A DNA stretch of 64,000 bases from Eledone cirrhosa. Lineage: Eukaryota. A program made the translations under genes and the position numbers. The stretch covers positions 22,940,001 to 23,004,000 of the forward strand of contig OZ024752.1 of assembly GCA_964016885.1 (NCBI GenBank). The letters run 5' to 3'. Each line of letters starts with the position of its first letter. The stretch's first letter is position 1. This document shows positions 26,041-39,644 of this stretch, in pieces. The notes beneath the pieces are model-generated. The model was not told the origin of the DNA. It made no database searches and saw nothing but the letters and a program-made list of their open reading frames with translations.

Positions 26041-27350
26041 CGAGGGGGGATCAAAAAGTTCGCGGAATTTTTCAGAAAATATTCTATTTTTCAAAAAATA
26101 TGATTTACCTTCAATTTATTTTTCTACATAGTTGCCATCCAGGTCAATACACTTCACAAGGCGATGCTTCCAGCTTCGAGAGCCGTCTCTAAATAAAGTT
26201 GAAGGCCTTGTTCGAAGCCATGTGTTGGCAGTGTTTTTAGCTTCTTCAACACCACTAAAACGGGTTCCTTTTAGCATTTCTTTGAGTTTTGGAAAGAGGA
26301 AAAAGTCTGATAGGGCTAAATCTGGACTATAAGGCGGGTGAGGAAGCACTTCCCATCGAAATTCTCGAAGAACTTCTTTTGCAACCTGCGCAGAATGCGC
26401 TGGTGCATTGTCATGGTCTAACAAGATCCCACCATGAAGTTTCCCTTTTCGTTTCTTGACTAATGCCTCTTTCAGTTTCCTTAAAACATTTGCATAGTAA
26501 GCTCCTGTCACAGTTCTTTGACCTTCAAGATAATCTATTAGTATCACCCCATCTGAATCCCAGAAAATGGTGGCCATCACTTTTTTATCCGACTTTTGAG
26601 ATTTGAACTTGATTGGCCCCGATGATCCACGCGGAAGCCACTGTTTTGACTGCTGTTTGGATTCAGGATCATACTGGTAGATCCAGGTTTCATCTCCAGT
26701 GATGATTCTGGTCAGGAAATACTCTTCATCAACTTCAATTTTGTTTAATATCGCCAAAGACAGATCACTTCGAAGAATCAGCTGATCAGGGCGCAACGCT
26801 TTTGGGACCCATCGCACTGAAAGCTTGCTTAGTCCCAAATTATCGTGCAGAATTGAATTTGCCGAACCATATGAAATGTCGAGGGACTTAGCTAACTGAT
26901 TAACTGTTATTCTTCGATCTTCTTCAATAAAAGTCTGAGCAGCCTCAACGTTTGGTCATTTTTTGATGTTCCTAGTCTTCCACTGCGATGGTCGTCTTCA
27001 AGGTCGTCGCTCCCTTGTTTGAATCGCTGAATCCACTTGTAGACAGCAGTTTTCTTTGGAGTAGTAGTACCATAAACTTTAACTAAAGCCTCCATAATCT
27101 GTGTCCCTTTTCATTTGAGTTTCACCAGAAACTTGATATTCGATCTTATCTCAAAATAACTATTTTCCATTGTTCCAAAAAGAGGTTTTTTAAAGTGTGT
27201 CAGTACTGTACAATAGTCCACGCATAACTGACTACAAGTGACTAATAGCAAGGTAAACACCCAGTGACAATGTTCTGACATGTTTAATATTGTTTTAACC
27301 TATTTTTTTCTTACTACGATAAAATTCCGCGAACTTTTTGATCCCCCCTC

Positions 27351-27351
<1 letters not shown>
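26041..27351 (-). mobile_element. mariner (DD34D) transposon, full length, frameshifted transposase
   Basis: Perfect ~30-bp TIRs CGAGGGGGGATCAAAAAGTTCGCGGAATTT. ORFs 26907-27095 and 26116-26838 contain WVPKAL, TGDETW, HDNAPAH, HPPYSPDLALSD (D34D). Confidence 0.95.
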
Positions 27352-27381
<30 letters not shown>

Positions 27382-27385
<4 letters not shown>

Positions 27386-28685
27386 AACTAGTAGGACCCC
27401 GAACACCCCACTTGCCGATTTTGTAATGGGTAACCCCTGCTTGCAAAGGTAGACGTAAGATCTTTTATATCTTTTTATCGCTTTCTCTATATTTCCTTCT
27501 TCCCCCCATCCCTCCCTAGTCCTTCCACCCCAGTTCTCTTTCTTTGTCGTCGTCTTTTTCTCGCCCACCCGAGGCAGCCCCTCGGTCCTTTGTAGCCTCA
27601 GTACCCCCACCCCCTTCCCCTATTCTATGATAGATTTGGCCGACTCCGCTTTTTATAGCAGATCTGTTAGACCCCGGATACTTTCCCTCTTATCCGACTG
27701 CTGCCCCTTTTCCGTGCTTTCTATATTTCTTAGTGGTATCTTTGCTTTAATTTCTCGTATATCAGTATATATATATTTTTTTTTGGGGGGGGGGGGGGGG
27801 GGGGGGTTCTGATTTAATTTTCGTATCAAATTTTACATATACTTCGTACGAGCTTTTATGTAGCTTGCACTAGAACTTTTGTATCGTGGCGGCACCCTTA
27901 GAGATAGTATTAGTATTTTTTTTCGGGACTCTCAATTATTATTTCGTATTAGTTTACTTTTTTGCACTAGGTGGTTGCTGGCCTTGTACCTTGGGTAGAA
28001 ACCTTTATTTATTATTTCGTGGTAGTTTCTTTAGTATTTTGGCCCCTCACTTGTTGACCCGTCACCGTAAGATATACTCGGTTTATTACTTATACCTCTT
28101 AAAAGGGTCTCATTATAATTCCGTCCCACCTAGTATACCTTTCTTTAGCCTAGCAGTGCCAGTGAGAGACTTAGGTCGTAGTAACCAAAAATTGTTTATT
28201 TTTTTTACATTTAATTGCTTTTTAACACTCGGTATTTTTCTATATATTTACCCCACATTGTTCTACCTATTGTTCCGACTTCCTCCCCCTTCCTCCCTAG
28301 TATCTTCTTTGACCTCATGCCCAGCTGTAGTCGGCACTATCAACGTATGAATGGGTCTCCTCCACCCCTCTCCCTCTTTCTCCTACTGGCAGGTTCAGCT
28401 ACCCTTCCCTCCACAAATTTCCATCATAGAATTATTATGTCTCAACAACAAACTTTTGACCAATCCTTGTGACAATCACTTTTACCATATATGGAATTAC
28501 CCCTTGAGAAGCTCGGCTATTCAAATACCAGGATAAAAATTTTCATTTAGTCCAGAATTAGCCGTCGAAACGGCTTGAGCTCAGCCGTCGAGGTCCTACT
28601 CGTTCCTATTACCCACTCTACTACCCTAATTATTGAGTACTTTAGTGCGTTATGGTCCACCTGGTTCTTTACCACTTTTCCTCCG

Positions 28686-28687
<2 letters not shown>
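27382..28687 (+). mobile_element. Longer member of the 14658 mini-element family
   Basis: Left end TAGGAACTAGTAGGACCCCGA (short inverted arm); right end 28549-28687 is the half-HHR + tail; 1.1 kb unclassified interior; (TA)n flanks. Confidence 0.6.
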
Positions 28688-28747
<60 letters not shown>

Positions 28748-28750
<3 letters not shown>

Positions 28751-31129
28751 TTAGTTAAGCAAAACAAGACCACAAACTTCACAAGGAAGACATTATTAAA
28801 AGATTGTCAACATATTTTAGTTTGATGTAAGGAATGTAGAGAATAATAATAATAATATTAATAATAATAATGTCCGTTTACAATTGTTTCGCTACTCCAT
28901 ATAATATTTCTGGATCAGATGACTATATATCATAATTGATCTGGTTCAGTTGAAAATAATTAACATATTTAAAAAAAACAGAGTGGCTCATCGGAACTCA
29001 AAGGAATATAAATTAAAATAATGTTACATAATATAATGTTCCATGTATTGGTTTTTACTATGGTGTCTTGGTTGCATCAGCTGTCAGCCATAATCAAGCA
29101 GTATTCATCTGTCGAAGCTGCATTGTGTGAATCTGCCTATGGGTAACAAGATGGCTGCCAAAGGGCATATTTACCTTACTAATTAGAGGGTGGTTTCAGG
29201 GGAAGTAACTTCTCGAGAGATTAGAGATTGTGAGTATTTATAGTTAAGTGCTAGTTTTTAAATTTTTTAATTGAGAGACAATGTAGGGGAGGTAACTTAT
29301 AATTATCGAGTTGTTCATAGCAATTTAACTTATTACCTACAAGTAGAAATGGGGCTACATGACTAAGTTGGCGAAGGAATTAGCCCTTCGATGTTGACAA
29401 CTAATGGTTACCTCCGTTCTATCGTTAATCGGTAGAGGTTGTGATAGAATTATGTGATATGCTTCCGTAACACAGAGATCACAAGATTTTCTTCGTCCAA
29501 TGAACGGTTGGGCCCTAGCTACGATATCCCATTTTAGTGAGTGTTGAACGTTGTTTAATTTAAGGTTTTTAATGAGCCTAGCTAGCGATGTCGAACATCT
29601 GTTGCTAGGGTCTCGGAAGGAAAAAGAGTGCGCGCTATAGCGTACCTTAAAAGGGTTAGAGGTAGACCCGATATAAGAGCTGGTATTCGAAGCAGTCTCA
29701 ACCGTGCACCTATAGACTATGTTGGGTGTCAGGCAGTGTCCATTTAATGGGCATGCATTAGGGTAACGGCAGTTGCAGTTGCTTCTGCGGTTAGTGAGAG
29801 TAGGGTTGTTTAACCTAAGCGGTTGGTCCGTGCTAGAAGGATTAGATGGGGGAGGTGTGCTACTAGAGTAATTATTGGTGTAGTGGCGTGGTGTATTTGA
29901 TAGGGGTGGTGGTACAGCGGTGTGGGAGTTATACTGTCTTAGCTTATGATGGTTACTGAACGCGATGTGGCTAGCTAGGTTAGGTGTTGTGGAGAATGAG
30001 ATTTTAATGTTATTTTTATTAAAGAGTTTGTAATATCTATGGTTGGGGGGGTGGGGAGTGTTTGGATAGGATAGAGAAGAAGCGTTTGGGGATATTAGTG
30101 GCTAGATTAGATGAGAATGGTGGGTTGAGCCAGGTGATATTTCTAGGTCTATTCCTTCTAGGGGTTCTAGTGGAGTTGGTAGGGGCCTTCCTAGGGTTAT
30201 TATTACCTGGGGATTTGTTATTTGTCATCCCATTTCTCATTCCTATTCTAGGGTTGATTTTTAGTTTGCTACTTGGAGTGGGGACCAGGCCGCTGCCACC
30301 ATTAAAGTTCCCTGTATAGGTGCTGTTATTGCTAAAATTCCGGCGAATCTGGCTATATGCTAAGGTGTTTCTAGTTCTAGTGTTGTTTATTATGGTGAGT
30401 TGCTGTGTTATGGCATTTAGGTATATAATAAATTGATTGTTTATAACCAGATTCAGAGAGAGCCTTATTATAATATTGTGCGTGGTTTATAAATATCTCT
30501 TCATTTGCTGATAGCATTGAGATCCTATAGGAGATAGATTTGATTACTGCTCTGATGACTGCCGGTGGGTGGTTAGAGTGTGGGCTAATATATCTGAGTA
30601 TTTCACCTGGTTTATGGTAAGGGTTATAAAGGTTATTGTTGAGATCAAGGGTGACGTCTAGGAAGTTTACTACTTCATGGTTCAGCTCGATGGTGATAGA
30701 GAGACCGTTATTTTTGAAGAATCTATGAAATTGTTTCTTTAGCAAATCGATTCCCCGATTAGTGCAATTGTGGACCGCAAACAGGGCGTCGTCCCTGTAT
30801 ATTCCGCCTTGCATGGGTTGGATTTCGGCTCTGATGTTACGTAATAGGTAAATCCCAACTAAATCGGTGATTTGCGCGGAGTCACTTGAGCCCATCGTAA
30901 TGTCAAAGTTGTCTATTCTATCTTTTCTAGTCCAGAGTGCTCCGTTGAATTCAATGATAGTCTGCCTAGCCATGAGTATGATGTTAATCTCATTATTGGT
31001 TATGTCCGAGTTGGTGGTGGCTAGGGCTAGTGCTTTGTTGAGCAGTTCCGGGGTTATTGACGCGTAATAGCTGTCTATATCAAATTGGATGAACCTCATA
31101 GATTGCTTGGACCTTAGATCGGAGAACCA

Positions 31130-31134
<5 letters not shown>
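28748..31134 (-). mobile_element. 5'-truncated Penelope-like element
   Basis: ORF 30377-31099 (FIQFDIDSYY, FDITMGSSDSAQITDLVG, IYRDD, VNFLDVTL); ITWLNPPFS (30037-30240); GIY-YIG-like IVYRCTV..SYIGSTS (~29670-29720); HHR candidate at 28876. Confidence 0.9.
28876..28997 (-). ncRNA. Hammerhead candidate with long stem II and CCGATGA core
   Basis: GTT CCGATGA GCCACTC..(~85 nt)..GAGTAGC GAAA CAATTG TA AAC. Confidence 0.5.
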
Positions 31135-31167
<33 letters not shown>

Positions 31168-31212
31168 GTATGTATGTCTGTATGTATGTATGTATGTATG
31201 TATGTATGTATG

Positions 31213-31244
<32 letters not shown>

Positions 31245-31326
31245 AGGTAAACAGAAATATCAACACAATCAGTACAGTATATGGAATGGATATATTAGGT
31301 TAACGTTTGATATAGCAGGAAAAGGG

Positions 31327-31362
31327 TCTTAACGTTTCGGACGCTAGTCCTTCATCAGAAGA
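31327..31362 (-). ncRNA. Ultra-minimal type I hammerhead ribozyme
   Basis: TCTT CTGATGA A GGAC TAGC GTCC GAAA CGTT AAGA; stem III is just the ACGT palindrome. Confidence 0.75.
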
Positions 31363-32507
31363 TAGATACATAGCTATAACGTAGCGCACTTATAATATGT
31401 CTCTGTATGTCTGGCTGTCTGCATTAGATAACGTTTTTCGAAATATTTACTTCTGCATTTACAGACGGCTTTTTTAAGTTTCAGAAGATCCCGTTAAGGG
31501 TAAAAGCAGTGATTCTTTGCCTAAACTTTTAATATATATATTCGTGTACAGATATTTTTGCATACACAAAAACAAAACCTATTTATTTCACGAAAGCACA
31601 GACGGCTTATCGTCATTGTTACTGTTCGAGCTTAGAGGACCACAGTCTTTCCAAGAACTGAGAACCATCAATGGCCATCAATGTTCCACTTACCGTTTGG
31701 CTTGCCAGATTCGTGATATGTTACACGATGACAGCCATTGACACCTCAGCCTACAAGAAGCAGCAACTGCTAAAGTCCCTTCTCAGCTGCGAAAACATTT
31801 TGCTATTATGCTGCACAACTGCGATCTCGCCGACCCTCTCGCACTGTGGAACAACCACCGCGAAAGTCTAGCTGATGACATCTTCCACCGCACACGCAGA
31901 CACAATCCAAACGTAACATACGATGTCGTTTTCAATGAGGCGTTCATTTGTCTTGAAAACAGTGTCCTGGAGATTGGTGGTAGGCCTCTAAGTCACTACA
32001 GCTTACCTGCTCCTGACAGTAGTGTTCAGAGGTCAACGTCTACAGAGTTTCTCCACGAGACGAGCTACGAAATCAGTGATTCTTCCATGGGCAATTGTAT
32101 GTAGCATGCTCTAGGGTGAACTCGCCAAACAATCTCTTCATCCTTGCTCCGGAGGGGCGAACAAAAAGTATTGTATACACTGAGGCTCTAACAATGTAAT
32201 TTAGATATTTTCTGTTACTTGGAATTTCCATTATGGTTGTACAAATTATTGTTTGTTAAATAATGTGTTCTCTGTTCAGCCATTATTGTTGTAACTATCA
32301 ATTTTCTTTAACGTACTGGGTGCTGAACTGGGGAATCCTAAAAACTATTCAAACCCAATATCAGAGCACGTTAACAACCCCCACCCCGCTCGCTGACTTG
32401 AGGGGGCGTGCGGTATCTTTGCACTAGAGTGGAGGGGGGGGGATTCCTGAAATGATAAAATGCCGGCTGGTATACCTAGCCGAGTGCCAGCCGGACTGGC
32501 CAGCTAG
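31363..32507 (+). mobile_element. Helitron family B deletion derivative
   Basis: RepHel fragments RGPQSFQELRTINGHQCSTYRLAC and DPLALWNNHRESLADD, then HGQLYVACSRV. Ends GCCAG-CCGGA-CTGGC..CTAG|T. Confidence 0.88.
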
Positions 32508-32526
32508 TATATATATATATATATAT

Positions 32527-33418
32527 GTATTGAAGTTTCCGTTGAAAATTGAAAAAGTCATAGGTGTGAAGAGTGCTCTATGTAAGTACCAGAGCAAAAT
32601 TTAATGTATAATAAACAATACAATATAATTACCTCATTACCAGAGGTTTCCCGAATAAGACGAATACGAAAGAAACGTCCCCATTCGTTCGTCGGACAAT
32701 GCAATATAAAACATAGTGAAATATTTGGAAAGTCTCCTCAAGAAATGCAAAAAATATATATATATATAAATAAAGGTAATGCAATAGACATATAAAATAT
32801 ATAAAAAATATAATGAAATATAGTTAGGTGTGTGTATATGTATGTATATACACTCACAAATGTACATATGTATGTATGTACAAATGCGTGTATATGGTGA
32901 AAATGTGTGCGTAAGTACATATATGAGGGCAAGTATATTTGTGTATATGTAACCACAAATACGGATATAATCTAGTTGACACGAATCCAGAAGCAGGTAT
33001 TAGATACACATATGAGTATGAAAGCACGCGTATAAACACACACACACGCGCGATCACTTATATGCGGAAGATAAAGGGGGAAGGAGTGTAATAGTTAAAA
33101 GAAAGTGTCATTCTCGATATATGTATAAAAATGAATCAATATATGAGAAAGAAAAAATTTTTAAATGAAAGAGAAAGTAGTCAATTAACACTAGAGAAAA
33201 GAAAAGAAAAGAAAAGAAAAGAAAAGAAAAGAAAAGAAAATAAGATACACGCGTACATACACATATATCTATAAAAAACATATATCTATAAAAAATATAT
33301 ATATACACGCAATACGTACAGACAAAAGCGTATGCATGCGTACATACATACACAGGATGCACGTATACATATACATACATACCGCCCCATGTATATCTAA
33401 TCACACGTACGTACGCGA

Positions 33419-33462
<44 letters not shown>

Positions 33463-36400
33463 GCACACATACACACCCATACATACAATACATATATACA
33501 CACATACACACAAACATATTCACGTACATTGACCCGCTTACACGCACACACATAAAAATAAGAATGTAAAAAACATAGATGTAAAAACACAGATATAAAA
33601 ACACACATACATCCACATATATATACACGCACGCACGCGCGCATACGGAGGCGTTCGTGTACATATACAGAACGTATACACACATAAAGACGCTCAGACA
33701 CATAGATACAGGGTGTAAAGCAGCCTTATGAATAAATGAGTACAAATATAAAAATATAAAATTGGCTGCGAAATAACAGAAAATATCTGGAGTGGAAAAC
33801 GCAAGTGACTAGTGTAATCAGGTAGTAAAGAAAATAGGGAAGTAAAATGTGGAAAGTGAAGATATTAGGTAAGTGAATCGAAGAATAAAAGGGGGGGGGG
33901 GTTACTGGTGGATGTGAAGTAAAAATAAAAATAAAAATAGAAATAAAAATAAAAATAAAATTAATAATAAGGTTAAAAATGAAAGTAAATCAGAAAGAGT
34001 AGTCTTTAAAGAGAATAATTTAAGTGAAGAATAAGAGCTTATGGAGGATAAGTATCTGAAAGTGAGTTAAGTTTATATGAGCTGGAAAGCAAGTGTGATT
34101 TCATGTGTGGGCAACTGGTGAAAATTTCTGTCTTTGTATTTAGGCAGGTTTTTGGTGATTTAAGGTTTTGTAAAATCCAATATTTTTCATTTATGCAGAG
34201 TGTGCATTTTCTTGTTCCTCTTGCATATTCTTTAGATTGATTCAAAATTGACCAATCCAATTTATATTGGATACCTTGGTCTTTCAAATCCCATATTCTG
34301 CTAGCCAGAGCTGTTGTGAATCTTTTTTCTGGATGTCGAAAGGATGCGACATATGAGTAATAACGCGTTTTGAATTTGTCTTGTGTCATACCCACATATC
34401 GTTCACTGGTGGCTGGTTGGTTGTTGCTGATGGTTGTCACTTTAGCCACATATACAATGGCTTTGGTGTTGCATTTACCTTGTAATGGGCATTCACTTTT
34501 GACTCTACAGGAGCATTTTGATGTTCTCTAGGTGATTTTTTGTTGATGATATAAGATTTAATAGGGGGACCGCAGGAGTAGCTAATTTTGACACAGTTTC
34601 TATTAAAGATCTTATAGTATCTATGTGTTCTAGGGAAATGTTTATCTAAGAGCTCTAGGAATTTTTTGCCTACATTAGTTTTAACTGCTAGAGAGTAGGG
34701 GGTGTGAACCAGATTATTTTTCTTTTCCTATTTTTATGTTTAAAAGAGTTAGTATAGTTGGGTATGTATTTAATCGGTTCGCTAAATCCGCTATTTTGGA
34801 GGGTTTTATTATAGTAGGGGGATGCCTTATTGAAAATAGCTTCTGAGGAAGAGAGGGTGGAGATCCTACGGCTAATATTAGGTAGAAGGTTTTTAAAAAC
34901 TATAGGCGGATGGCAAGAGCCTTTATTTATATATTTTAAATTTTCATTAGGTTTATGGTATGGTTTATAAGAAGCAGTAGGCAAATCTAGGTTTATATCT
35001 ACGAAATTAACATTGGAAAGGTTAGTGTCAATAGCAATTTTAAGATTAAAATTAGCAAAGGTTTTTATTAGGTCTTTCCTTAATCTATCTAAGTTATGGC
35101 CTATGGTGGTATGGGAAAGTATTAGACCATCGTCGCGATAAAGCCCCAAAATATGGTTAGGGAATTTTTCTTTAAGTGTGTGTAGGAGGAATAGGCCGAC
35201 TAAATCACAAACATCAGCACTATCAAAAGAGCCCATTGAGACATCGAATGGGCTCTCTGGGTTAGATATTTTTACCCAAGTGTCATTATCAGTAAAGAGT
35301 AGAGTGTTTCTAGCGTGCAAGATGACATTCTCTTCAATATCAGAGATATTGGTAAACTTTCTAGCGAAATTTAAAGCTTTCGCTAAAAGAGTCTGAGTGA
35401 TAGATGGGTAGAAATCTACAATGTCAAATTGGGTGAATCTAGAACTATTTTTATCTTTTATTAAACCAATGTACTACGGAAGAGCTATTTATCCATTAGA
35501 GTAATTTAGACTTACTTCTAATGTGTGTGTTTATATTATTTAAAATTTTTTTGCTGGCAAGATCGATATCAGTCTTAGCAGGGTTGATTAATCTACAACT
35601 AGAACGATTAATAAAGTCAGGTTTGTGATCTTTAAGGGTGATATATGCATTACGTTTAGCAAGTTTTTCTGTCCTATTATCTATTTTTAAAGAAACAGCT
35701 AATTCTTTAGCTTCCTTATTTATATTATGATACGTGTTTATATTAGCTATTTGGTATTTAGAGGTGATATTATCTATTAATAGTTGGTCGTGTAAATTAT
35801 TATTAACTTCGTATAGGTTTTTAGTTTTGTCGGAGAAAATGAACTTATTTTTAGAAGATTTGAATATTGAAATATCATTAGATAGTTTAGATTGAAAAGG
35901 GTTAGAGTACTTACGAAAATTGATATTCTTGATTAGATTAACTAAGTCTAGTTCAAAAGCGTTCATATCTTTTACTCTTTGCGGGTATTTATGAGTTTTG
36001 ATGTCAAAATGTTCCGTAGAATCGTGTATCTTCTTTTCTTTTCTTTTCTTTTCTCTAGTGTTAATTGACTACTTTCTCTTTCATTTAAACATTTTTTCTT
36101 TCTCATATATTGATTCATTTTTATACATATATCGAGAATGACACTTTCTTTTAACTATTACACTCCCTTCTCCCTTTATCTTCCGCATATAAGTGATCGC
36201 GCGTGTGTGTGTGTTTATACGCGTGCTTTCATACTCATATGTGTATCTAATACCTGCTTCTGGATTCGTGTCAACTAGATTATATCCGTATTTGTGTTTA
36301 CATATACACAAATATACTTGCCCTCATATATGTACTTACGCACACATTTTCACCATATACACGCATTTGTACATACATACATATGTACATTTGTGAGTGT

Positions 36401-36646
36401 ATATAGATACATATACACACACCTAACTATATTTCATTATATTTTTTATATATTTTATATGTCTATTGCATTACCTTTATTTATATATATATATATATTT
36501 TTTGCATTTCTTGAGGAGACTTTCCAAATATTTCACTATGTTTTATATTGCCTTGTCCGACTAACGAATGGGGACGTTTCTTTCGTATTCGTCTTATTCG
36601 GGAAACCTCTGGTAATGAGGTAATTATATTGTATTGTTTATTATAC

Positions 36647-36650
<4 letters not shown>
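32527..36650 (-). mobile_element. Penelope-like element with ~620-bp inverted terminal arms
   Basis: ORF pieces 35496-35966, 34688-35320 (FDVSMGSFDSADVCDLVG, LYRDD) and 34039-34449 (GIY-YIG: IVY..RYVGMT..FKTRY). 32602-33220 is the reverse complement of 36030-36650. Confidence 0.92.
32632..32701 (-). ncRNA. Variant hammerhead (CCGACGA core)
   Basis: CATTGT CCGACGA ACGAATGGGGACG..CGTCTTATTCGG GAAA CCTCTGG TA ATGAGG; mirror copy at 36551-36620 (+). Confidence 0.55.
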
Positions 36651-36689
<39 letters not shown>

Positions 36690-36694
<5 letters not shown>

Positions 36695-37828
36695 TTCAGT
36701 TATAGTTTTCTTAACCCTATTTAGTTCTGTATTGCTATGCTTGACAACAGTAAATAAAATATCGTCCCTATATAAACCACCGGTAATCTCCGGCAGTTTT
36801 CTATTTACCATATTTAGGATAAAAATACCGAGAAGATCGGTAACCTGCGCAGAGTCCGATGATCCCATGGTAATGTCAACATTTCTATTCCTATCTGAAC
36901 GGGTCCAATACTCATTGTTAAAATTAATTAGAGTTCTTCTAGCAGTTAATATGATATTGATTTCATCTGCAGTTAGATTTGTATGTTTGTAAGCATAAGA
37001 CAAAGCCTTATTTAATAGGTTAGGTGTAATAGAAGAATAATAACTTGCTATGTCCATTTGAATGAATTTGTGATTTTTCTTATTTTCTATATTTTTAAAC
37101 CAGTCAATTACTTCATTAGTGTCCTTCAATAAGCTCAATTTTGACTTCAATTTCAGAGTAGGTAAAATTCTGTCAATAATATTCTTACTGATTACTCCAA
37201 TATCAGATTTAGATGGAGCTATCAATCTAACCGACAGGTCTTCCTCAAAGTTTCTCTTGAGATCCTTAAAATTTATCCTCGGCTGTCTAGGTATAAAAGG
37301 CTCGATTCTTCCTTCAATTCCAAGTTTGGCTATTAATTTAAACGCGTCATTATTGATGTCTATAAGATCTTCGGCCGGGGCTTTTCTATAATTTTTTCGC
37401 AGTTCTTTTAAAATTAAATCTTTATATTCCGTTTTATCTATCCCATATAAGTTGTTGGTTTTGTCTGACTTCACCAATATTTTATTAACTTTTTTTATAT
37501 CCAAGATTTTTTCCTTCAGAGTTCTAAGGTATTGGTGACCTTTATATGGGTTTTTCTTAAATTTAATCTTCTTTAGTATATTAAGCATTTCGCTTTCAAA
37601 ATCCTCCAGGAGTTTATTGTATGGAGGATTTTTTCTAGATTTAAAGATGGTTTTGAAATAATTGTTGTTGCTTTTCCTTTTTGCTTCTTTGTTTTCGAAA
37701 TGAAATGCACGCCATCTCAGTCTTCTTATAAAAGAGTTTGTTTGCTCAATGAGCTTCCTCATGTATTCCTCATTAGATGGTTTAGGTATATCCTTGAGAG
37801 ATGTCGGGAACGTGAAGAATTCCATCAT
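36690..37828 (-). CDS. PLE ORF N-terminal half through RT YRDD motif, uninterrupted, 3'-truncated at (TA)n
   Basis: SLKDIP, FIRRLRWRA, KSDKTNNLY, RLIAPSKSDIG, FIQMDIASYY, TMGSSDSAQVTDL, LYRDD; preceded by an HHR-containing pLTR. Confidence 0.9.
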
Positions 37829-38490
37829 TTATTAAATTTGTAATCTATTGTAGAGAAAGCGCTCAACCTGCTGGGAGCTAGATATATTTAAAGGTTAAAC
37901 AAGGTTCAATGAATAAATCAATGAATAAAGTTTTACAATAGATTAGAAGCACTCCACAGTTATATGGTTTTCCGGAGTTATTAATATTAATTCAAAATAT
38001 TAAAAAATATAGACATTCGTGTGATCAAGTATATTTTATTATACATATTTCAGAGGTACTGAGCTATTTACAACGGTACGTCCTCATCAGATAAAATAAG
38101 ATGATGCTTGACATACCTTGACTATGTTGATGGTTAAAATTCAGTCGTGGCAGTGAATAAGTTAGGACAAAATTCAATATTTATATACCTTAAGATTGAG
38201 ACATGAAAAAATTACATAGTGCGTGTGAGAAAGCTTATAAAGATACATAATAATAAATAACTACTAATATAATATAAACCTACATAACTGTTAGAAATTT
38301 AAATAATTTAAATAAAGTAATATATGGATAACACATTATTGTAGAAAGAGGAAATGAAAGACAGAAAGAGAAACAGATGAGGAAAGAGAGAATGACTAGA
38401 AGTATAGAATTATCTTATGTAAAATTATCTATTGTAAAACTTTATTCATTGATTTATTCATTGAACCTTGTTTAACCTTTAAATATATAT
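37829..38490 (-). mobile_element. pLTR/5' region of the 37828 PLE with short inverted end
   Basis: HHR at 38031; 38426-38490 is the reverse complement of 37882-37945. Confidence 0.8.
38031..38098 (-). ncRNA. Type I hammerhead ribozyme
   Basis: TATTTTAT CTGATGA GGACGTAC..GTACCTCT GAAA TATGTA TA ATAAAATA. Confidence 0.78.
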
Positions 38491-38492
38491 AC

Positions 38493-38553
<61 letters not shown>

Positions 38554-38557
<4 letters not shown>

Positions 38558-38741
38558 AACGAGTAGGACCCCGACGGCTGAGCTCAAGCCGTTTCGACGG
38601 CTAATTCTGGACTAGCCGTCGAAACGGCTTGAGCTCAGCCGTCGGGGTCCTACTCGTTCCTATTACCCACTCTACTACCCTAAGTATTGAGTACTTTGGT
38701 GCGTTATGGTCCACCTGGTTCCTTACCACATTTCCTTCGTT
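38554..38741 (+). mobile_element. Fold-back mini-element (14658 family)
   Basis: Perfect ~50-bp hairpin arms + tail; (TA)n flanks. Confidence 0.8.
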
Positions 38742-39030
38742 ATATATATATATATATATATATACGCATAAATAGACATGTAGAAACATACAGACATACA
38801 TATGACAAACCATATACAATTACACAAATATGTAAGAATACACACGCAATTACAAGTAAATACATACAAAAATGTATACATACACAAACATATATTCATA
38901 TGTAACTATGAATATATCTGAAAAGTAGAAATAGGGTTCCTGTCAAAAATTAATGAAATGTAAGGGTGTATGTAGAAAGAGTATAACTAATAGGTAGAAA
39001 GAAGAACATATATAGTATATACATATACAC

Positions 39031-39122
<92 letters not shown>

Positions 39123-39323
39123 ATACTTGGGGAGGGTCATATTTGTGTAATATTGCCAGAATTAATAACAGAACACACTCACTGTTTGGTTGGTTTTCGC
39201 TTTTCGCTTCTGTGTCTTTTATATCGGTAATCTAATTTATTCGGTCCTCAATGTTGCCATTGACTGACCAACGGTCAAAAATAATACAGATACAATATAG
39301 ACACAAACACATATATATAGTTT

Positions 39324-39365
39324 ATCAAAGTTCTTTCGTTGCACATCTGCAACATCGTCAGTGGT
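39324..39365 (-). ncRNA. Hammerhead in PLE terminus 39115-39387 (family of 62733)
   Basis: ACCA CTGACGA TGTTGCA GATG TGCAAC GAAA GAAC TT TGAT; the downstream [12 protein letters not shown] start is shared with 62899. Confidence 0.7.
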
Positions 39366-39447
39366 GCTATTGTTTCCTCCCGTTACTATATATATAGTAT
39401 ATATATATATATATAGTACATATATACATAGTATACACATAGTATAT

Positions 39448-39511
<64 letters not shown>

Positions 39512-39593
39512 GTTATTCCGGGTTGAATCGGAGGTAACCACAGTAAGTAAGATACTCAATACATAGCAGAGTATAACAGTTTTAATATAGATG

Positions 39594-39644
39594 AGATTCT
39601 ACAGGACTAGAACTGTTTCATTCTTTAGAAATCATCAGGAATCT
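39594..39644 (-). ncRNA. Type I hammerhead ribozyme
   Basis: Mirror of 42113-42163 with one stem II substitution. Confidence 0.82.
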
